Below are positions 27,394-32,000 of a DNA stretch of 32,000 nt, piece by piece. The notes under the pieces are model-generated. The model did no database searches, was not told where the DNA came from, and was given only the letters and a program-made list of their open reading frames with translations. Position 1 is the stretch's first letter. Each line of letters starts with the position of its first letter. This DNA comes from Formosa sp. Hel1_33_131 (GTDB taxonomy: Bacteria > Bacteroidota > Bacteroidia > Flavobacteriales > Flavobacteriaceae): assembly GCF_001735745.1 (NCBI RefSeq), contig NZ_CP017260.1:1050001-1082000 (forward strand). Direction: 5' to 3'. A program made the translations under genes and the position numbers.

Positions 27394-28218
27394 ATGAAAC
27401 AATACTTAGACCTTGTATCCCATGTACTAGAAACTGGAAATGAAAAAGGAGACCGTACCGGAACAGGCACTAAAAGTGTGTTTGGACACCAAATGCGTTT
27501 CGATCTTAGTGAAGGGTTTCCAATGGTGACCACCAAAAAACTGCATCTTAAATCGATTATTTATGAATTGCTTTGGTTTTTAAAAGGCGATACCAATACC
27601 GATTACCTCACCGAAAATGGGGTTAAAATATGGAATGCTTGGGCGGATGAAAATGGCGACCTTGGCCCTGTATATGGACAACAGTGGCGCAACTGGAACA
27701 ATGATGAAATTGATCAAATTACAGAGGTCATTGAGACCCTAAAAACTAACCCCAACAGCCGACGGATGTTGGTATCTGCTTGGAATCCTTCAGTGCTTCC
27801 CGATACTTCAAAGTCGTTTAGTGAGAATGTAGCGAATAACAAAGCTGCACTCCCGCCTTGTCATGCGTTTTTTCAGTTCTATGTGAGTGATGGAAAACTA
27901 TCTTGTCAACTGTATCAACGGAGTGCCGATATTTTTCTAGGGGTGCCATTTAATATTGCTTCTTATGCCCTATTAACCATGATGATGGCACAAGTTTGTG
28001 GCTATGAAGCTGGAGAATTTATTCATACTTTTGGAGATGCGCATATCTATAGCAATCATATTGAGCAAGTAGAAACACAACTCAGTAGAGAGCTGCGTCC
28101 CCTTCCAACAATGAAACTAAATCCAGAGATAAAAGATATTTTTGATTTCACTTTTGAAGACTTTACTTTAGAAGGATATGATCCACACCCACATATCAAA
28201 GGCGCAGTAGCCGTTTAA
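27394..28218 (+). CDS. thyA: Thymidylate synthase (ThyA type)
   Basis: It contains [26 protein letters not shown] and DAHIYSNH motifs. Confidence 0.95.
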   Translation: MKQYLDLVSHVLETGNEKGDRTGTGTKSVFGHQMRFDLSEGFPMVTTKKLHLKSIIYELLWFLKGDTNTDYLTENGVKIWNAWADENGDLGPVYGQQWRNWNNDEIDQITEVIETLKTNPNSRRMLVSAWNPSVLPDTSKSFSENVANNKAALPPCHAFFQFYVSDGKLSCQLYQRSADIFLGVPFNIASYALLTMMMAQVCGYEAGEFIHTFGDAHIYSNHIEQVETQLSRELRPLPTMKLNPEIKDIFDFTFEDFTLEGYDPHPHIKGAVAV

Positions 28219-28233
28219 TTTAATGGAAATTCT

Positions 28234-28241
28234 TACTTTTG
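28234..28241 (+). promoter_or_regulatory. Candidate -7 box TACTTTTG for folA
   Basis: It is an exact TAnnTTTG match 17 nt upstream of the only plausible folA start. Confidence 0.4.
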
Positions 28242-28258
28242 CGTTCTAATTTATTCTA

Positions 28259-28768
28259 TTGAAAACAACAAACCATCCTTCAAATCTCACTATTATTGTC
28301 GCCGTTTCTGAAAACGATGTGATCGGAAAAGACAATGATTTAATTTGGCATTTGAAAAATGACCTGAAACGATTTAAGGCACTCACTTCTGGGCATTGCA
28401 TTATCATGGGACGAAAAACCTTTGAAAGTTTTCCGAAGCCCTTACCCAACAGAACGCACATCGTGATTACACGACAGGAAAGTTATAAAGCTCCAGAAGG
28501 GGTCATTGTTGTGAACTCTTTAGAAGCCGCTATTGAGCAGGCAAAGCAAGATGCAAATCCATTTATTATTGGAGGTGGCGAAATTTACAAACAGGCCTTA
28601 AATGTGGTGGACACCATCGAATTCACTAGAGTACACCACAGTTTTGAAGGCGATACTTTTTTTCCTGTTATACAAGAAACTATTTGGGAAGAAACCAATC
28701 GTGAAGATCATAAAAAAGACGATTTACATAAATTTGACTTTTCATTCATCACTTATAAAAGACGTTAA
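28259..28768 (+). CDS. folA: Dihydrofolate reductase, apparently TTG-initiated
   Basis: It contains LTIIVAVSENDVIGKDNDLIWHL, IMGRKTFES and IIGGGEIY motifs. An in-frame stop at 28247 leaves only TTG 28259 (or ATT 28253) as a start. Confidence 0.85.
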   Translation: MKTTNHPSNLTIIVAVSENDVIGKDNDLIWHLKNDLKRFKALTSGHCIIMGRKTFESFPKPLPNRTHIVITRQESYKAPEGVIVVNSLEAAIEQAKQDANPFIIGGGEIYKQALNVVDTIEFTRVHHSFEGDTFFPVIQETIWEETNREDHKKDDLHKFDFSFITYKRR

Positions 28769-28788
28769 AAAACAAAAACTATATACAC

Positions 28789-29676
28789 ATGAAGGCATAT
28801 ATATTTCCAGGACAAGGTGCTCAATTTACGGGGATGGGATTACCTCTCTATGAAAATTCAGCCGCTGCAAAATCACTTTTTGAACAAGCCAATGACATTT
28901 TAGGGTTTGACATCACCTCCATCATGTTTGAAGGAAGTGTGGACGATTTAAAAGAAACGAAGGTGACACAGCCTGCTATCTTTTTACATTCTGTGATTTT
29001 AGCAAAAAGCCTAGGGGACAGTTTTCAACCAGATATGGTTGCAGGACATTCGCTTGGCGAGTTTTCAGCGTTGGTTGCCAATGGCACGCTTCGTTTTGAA
29101 GATGGCTTGAAACTCGTTTCTCAACGTGCGCAAGCCATGCAAAAGGCCTGTGATTTAACAAAAGGAACGATGGCCGCCGTATTGGGCTTGGAAAATGAAA
29201 TTGTGGAGGACACTTGCAAATCCATCGATGGGATTGTGGTGGCTGCAAATTATAACTGCCCAGGTCAATTGGTGATTTCTGGTGCCGTTGATGCCATTCA
29301 TCTGGCTTGTGATGCGCTAAAAGAAAAAGGCGCACGACGCGCGCTCGTTCTTCCTGTTGGAGGGGCTTTTCATTCGCCTTTAATGGCACCCGCTAAAGAG
29401 CAATTGGCAGCGGCTATAGAAAACACCACATTCCATACACCTAGTTGTCCAATTTATCAAAATGTGACCGCGATGCCTGTTGTCAATGAAACGGAGATTA
29501 AGACTAATTTAATATCCCAACTGACAGCACCCGTGAAATGGACACAGTCCGTTCAACAAATGATTCAGGATGGTGCGAATGAATTTATTGAAGTAGGCCC
29601 TGGGAATGTACTTCAAGGCTTGGTGAGGAAAATAAACAGAGAAATGAACACAAAAGCAGCAACTTTTGAAAACTAA
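28789..29676 (+). CDS. fabD: Malonyl CoA-acyl carrier protein transacylase
   Basis: It has FPGQGAQ, the GHSLGEFSA active-site motif and GAFHSPLM. Confidence 0.9.
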   Translation: MKAYIFPGQGAQFTGMGLPLYENSAAAKSLFEQANDILGFDITSIMFEGSVDDLKETKVTQPAIFLHSVILAKSLGDSFQPDMVAGHSLGEFSALVANGTLRFEDGLKLVSQRAQAMQKACDLTKGTMAAVLGLENEIVEDTCKSIDGIVVAANYNCPGQLVISGAVDAIHLACDALKEKGARRALVLPVGGAFHSPLMAPAKEQLAAAIENTTFHTPSCPIYQNVTAMPVVNETEIKTNLISQLTAPVKWTQSVQQMIQDGANEFIEVGPGNVLQGLVRKINREMNTKAATFEN

Positions 29677-29681
29677 ACGTC

Positions 29682-30185
29682 ATGAATACTAGAACTATTT
29701 TAATACTTATTCTTGTTATTTTTAATATCGGATTGGATCAAGTTTCAAAAGAACTTGTCCGCGAAAATGTGGTGCCAGGTTCTAGAACGGAAGTTTTGGG
29801 AACACAATTACAGTTAATGAATGTTGAAAATTCTGGAGCATTTTTAAGCATGGGTAGCGACTCCAACCCTACGGTAAAACTTATCTTTTTACTCATTCTA
29901 CCCGTAATTGTTTTAGGGGTTGTATTGTATTATGTATTAACCAATAAAACCCTTGACAACTTATCAGTTATAGGTTTAAGTTGTATCGCAGGTGGCGGGA
30001 TCGCCAATCTTTACGATCGCTTTCTGTATGGTTCGGTAACTGACTTTTTATATATAGATCTAGGGGGCGTACTCAAAACAGGCATCTTTAACAGTGCCGA
30101 TTTATCAGTGACCACTGGTATGATTTTGTTGTTATTGTCGTCCTTCTTAAGTCGTCCTTCAAAAACTGCTGAACCGTCTAATTAA
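29682..30185 (+). CDS. lspA: Lipoprotein signal peptidase (signal peptidase II)
   Basis: This four-TM small protein has the DQVSK, NSGAF, VTDF and FNSADL motifs. Confidence 0.8.
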   Translation: MNTRTILILILVIFNIGLDQVSKELVRENVVPGSRTEVLGTQLQLMNVENSGAFLSMGSDSNPTVKLIFLLILPVIVLGVVLYYVLTNKTLDNLSVIGLSCIAGGGIANLYDRFLYGSVTDFLYIDLGGVLKTGIFNSADLSVTTGMILLLLSSFLSRPSKTAEPSN

Positions 30186-30188
30186 TAT

Positions 30189-31343
30189 TTATTTGGACAG
30201 AAAATCAATGATGGTTGAGGTAATAAAATCGATTTGATCGTCCTCCAATTCGGTATGCATTGGCAATGAAATGACTTCGTCAATTAAGGTATTTGTCACT
30301 TTAAAATCTGCATCATTATAACGGTCATCCACATAAGCTTTTTGCTTATGTAATGGAATTGGATAGTAAACCCCACAAGGAATATCTTTTGATTGCAAAT
30401 GTGCCGCTAAGGCATCTCTATCTGCATTTTGTATTTTTAAAGTGTATTGATGAAATACGTGACAATCACAGTTGTCACAAATTGTTTCACATCCGTTGCC
30501 CGCTTTAGGCGTGATTATATTTTTATGATTTTTAAACGCAGCATTGTATTTTCGAGCAGCAGATTGACGTGCTTTGTTATACGCATCCAACTTTGGAAGC
30601 TTTGCATCTAGAACGGCTGCTTGGATAGAATCCAATCGAGAGTTCACTCCTACCACATCGTGGTGGTAGCGTTTGTACATCCCGTGATTTACAATCCCTC
30701 TGATTGTGTGTGCCAAGTCATCGTCATTGGTGAAAATAGCACCGCCATCTCCATAACACCCTAAATTTTTAGAAGGAAAAAAAGAAGTGGAAGCCACATG
30801 ACCGATTGTTCCAGCTTTGGCTTTTGAACCATTTTTAGAAGTGAAATTCGCGCCAATGGCTTGCGCATTGTCTTCTATTACAAATAAATTATGTGCTTCT
30901 GCCAGTTCCATAATGGCATCCATATTGGCACATTGACCAAATAAATGTACGGGCACAATGGCTTTTGTTTTTGGAGTAATGGCTTTTTTGACGGCTTCTA
31001 TATCGATGTTAAATTTATCTGGATCGACATCCACTAAAACAGGCGTCAGTCCTAGTAAGGCAATTACTTCAACGGTGGCTGCAAAAGTAAAATCGGCGGT
31101 GATGACTTCATCGCCCGGTTTTAAACCAAGTCCCATCATCGCAATTTGTAAGGCATCCGTTCCGTTGGCACAAGGAATCACGTGTTTGATTCCTAGGTAG
31201 GCTTCTAAATTTGCTTGAAATTCTTTAACTTTTGGACCGTTAATGAAAGAGGCGTTATCAATAACTTCTTGAATGGAAGCATTTACAACTTCTTTTATAG
31301 AGGCATACTGACCTTTTAGGTCAACCATTTGAATTTTGTTCAT
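30189..31343 (-). CDS. DegT/DnrJ/EryC1/StrS-family sugar aminotransferase
   Basis: It has NGTDALQIAM, the FFPSKNLG PLP-lysine motif and HVFHQY. It is convergent with lspA across a 3-nt gap. Confidence 0.85.
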   Translation of the reverse strand: MNKIQMVDLKGQYASIKEVVNASIQEVIDNASFINGPKVKEFQANLEAYLGIKHVIPCANGTDALQIAMMGLGLKPGDEVITADFTFAATVEVIALLGLTPVLVDVDPDKFNIDIEAVKKAITPKTKAIVPVHLFGQCANMDAIMELAEAHNLFVIEDNAQAIGANFTSKNGSKAKAGTIGHVASTSFFPSKNLGCYGDGGAIFTNDDDLAHTIRGIVNHGMYKRYHHDVVGVNSRLDSIQAAVLDAKLPKLDAYNKARQSAARKYNAAFKNHKNIITPKAGNGCETICDNCDCHVFHQYTLKIQNADRDALAAHLQSKDIPCGVYYPIPLHKQKAYVDDRYNDADFKVTNTLIDEVISLPMHTELEDDQIDFITSTIIDFLSK

Positions 31344-31383
31344 TTCTTTAAATTACGTTTCGAAGCAATATATTTTGCACAAA

Positions 31384-31399
31384 CAAAAATACAAAATTA
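31384..31399 (-). promoter_or_regulatory. Two adjacent candidate -7 boxes (TATTTTTG, TAATTTTG) for the DegT-family gene
   Basis: The plus strand reads CAAAAATA at 31384-31391 and CAAAATTA at 31392-31399. They lie 40-48 nt upstream of the ATG at 31343. Confidence 0.35.
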
Positions 31400-31433
31400 G
31401 CATTGCTTAGTCATAAAATTAATATAAAGAATG

Positions 31434-31441
31434 TATTTTTG
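31434..31441 (+). promoter_or_regulatory. Candidate -7 box TATTTTTG for waaA
   Basis: It is an exact TAnnTTTG match 17 nt upstream of the TTG at 31459. Confidence 0.4.
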
Positions 31442-31458
31442 CCTCAAATAATAGGCTA

Positions 31459-32000
31459 TTGGGACTTTTTTATAACATCATCGTTGAACTCGCTGCAATT
31501 TCTGTTCGTCTTTTTGGAGGCCTTCACAAAAAAACTCAAAAGGGTCAAGAAGGTCGGAACGAAAGTCTTCAAATTTTAGCACAGGAACTGAAAGAAACGG
31601 ATAAAGTGATCTGGATGCACTGCTCGTCTTTAGGAGAATATGAACAAGGATTGCCTTTCTTTGAACCCTTAACAAAACAGTATAAAGACCATAAATTTGT
31701 GATGACTTTTTTCTCTCCTTCGGGCTATGAAATCAGAAAAAACAATCCCATTGCGGATGTGGTTGTGTACCTTCCTTTGGATCAAAAATCTATTGTAAAA
31801 AAGTTTTTAGACCTCACGCATCCTGAATTGGTGGTGTTTGTCAAGTATGATCTTTGGCCAAATTATTTGTTGGAAATAAAGCGTCGAAATATCACTTCCA
31901 TCTTAATTTCAGCCTTGTTTAGACCGTCTCAAGCGTACTTTAAATTTTATGGTGGGTGGCTCAAACAGTTGCTTTTTACATTTGATCATATTTTTACGCA
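31459..32000 (+). CDS. waaA: 3-deoxy-D-manno-octulosonic acid (Kdo) transferase, 5' partial (runs off the window)
   Basis: This is my manual translation; the gene is absent from the ORF track because no stop falls in the window. It reads ...KVIWMHCSSLGEYEQGLPFFEPL...FFSPSGYE...VKYDLWPNYL, the WaaA glycosyltransferase N-domain signature. The frame is open from 31423 with no in-frame ATG before residue ~53, so TTG 31459 is the tentative start. Confidence 0.75.
   Translation, partial: MGLFYNIIVELAAISVRLFGGLHKKTQKGQEGRNESLQILAQELKETDKVIWMHCSSLGEYEQGLPFFEPLTKQYKDHKFVMTFFSPSGYEIRKNNPIADVVVYLPLDQKSIVKKFLDLTHPELVVFVKYDLWPNYLLEIKRRNITSILISALFRPSQAYFKFYGGWLKQLLFTFDHIFT

Noticed and set aside
28602-28853. 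An 83-aa + strand ORF bridging the folA 3' end and the fabD 5' end.
   Set aside because: It is out of frame with two confidently identified genes and has no recognisable motif.
31478-31675. A 65-aa minus-strand ORF in the track.
   Set aside because: It is antisense to the clear WaaA N-terminal coding sequence on the + strand.
1-32000. A search by eye for tRNA/rRNA genes, CRISPR repeat-spacer arrays, IS elements or transposases, and integrases.
   Set aside because: I recognised none. Intergenic regions are short and contain no regularly spaced repeats, no cloverleaf-like GC-rich segments and no transposase or integrase-like ORFs. A proper tRNAscan/Infernal run would be needed to be certain.

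Overview
The window looks like an AT-rich chromosomal segment of a Flavobacteriia-type Bacteroidota genome. The evidence is sequence-only: exact TAnnTTTG -7 boxes lie 17-40 nt upstream of several start codons, no Shine-Dalgarno sequences are evident, and signal peptides tend to end in FSQ/AQ. Lineage-typical families are present (GLPGLI, DUF5686, CarboxypepD_reg beta-barrels). Most of the window is housekeeping. It holds a tightly coupled aromatic amino-acid operon (pheA, aminotransferase, tyrA, DAHP synthase/chorismate mutase), metK, a membrane pyrophosphatase, pdhB, etfBA, a nucleoside/thymidylate cluster (nuclease, nupC, thyA, folA, plus a deoxynucleoside kinase elsewhere), fabD, lspA, a DegT-type aminotransferase and the 5' part of waaA. 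The accessory-looking parts are three. An AbiEi/AbiEii pair sits at the left edge. An uncharacterised divergent gene pair (9336-11045) carries 11-bp tandem repeats on both sides of the small gene. A three-gene outer-membrane module contains two tandem GLPGLI paralogs. The best-supported non-obvious signal is a 26-codon Phe/Tyr-rich leader ORF followed by an intrinsic terminator that abuts the pheA start codon, a candidate attenuator. Other observations are a long unexplained metK leader, a 28-bp perfect palindrome between pdhB and etfB, and three similarly built bidirectional terminators. I recognised no tRNA, rRNA, CRISPR array, transposase or integrase. All family assignments come from motif recognition by eye, not from searches.
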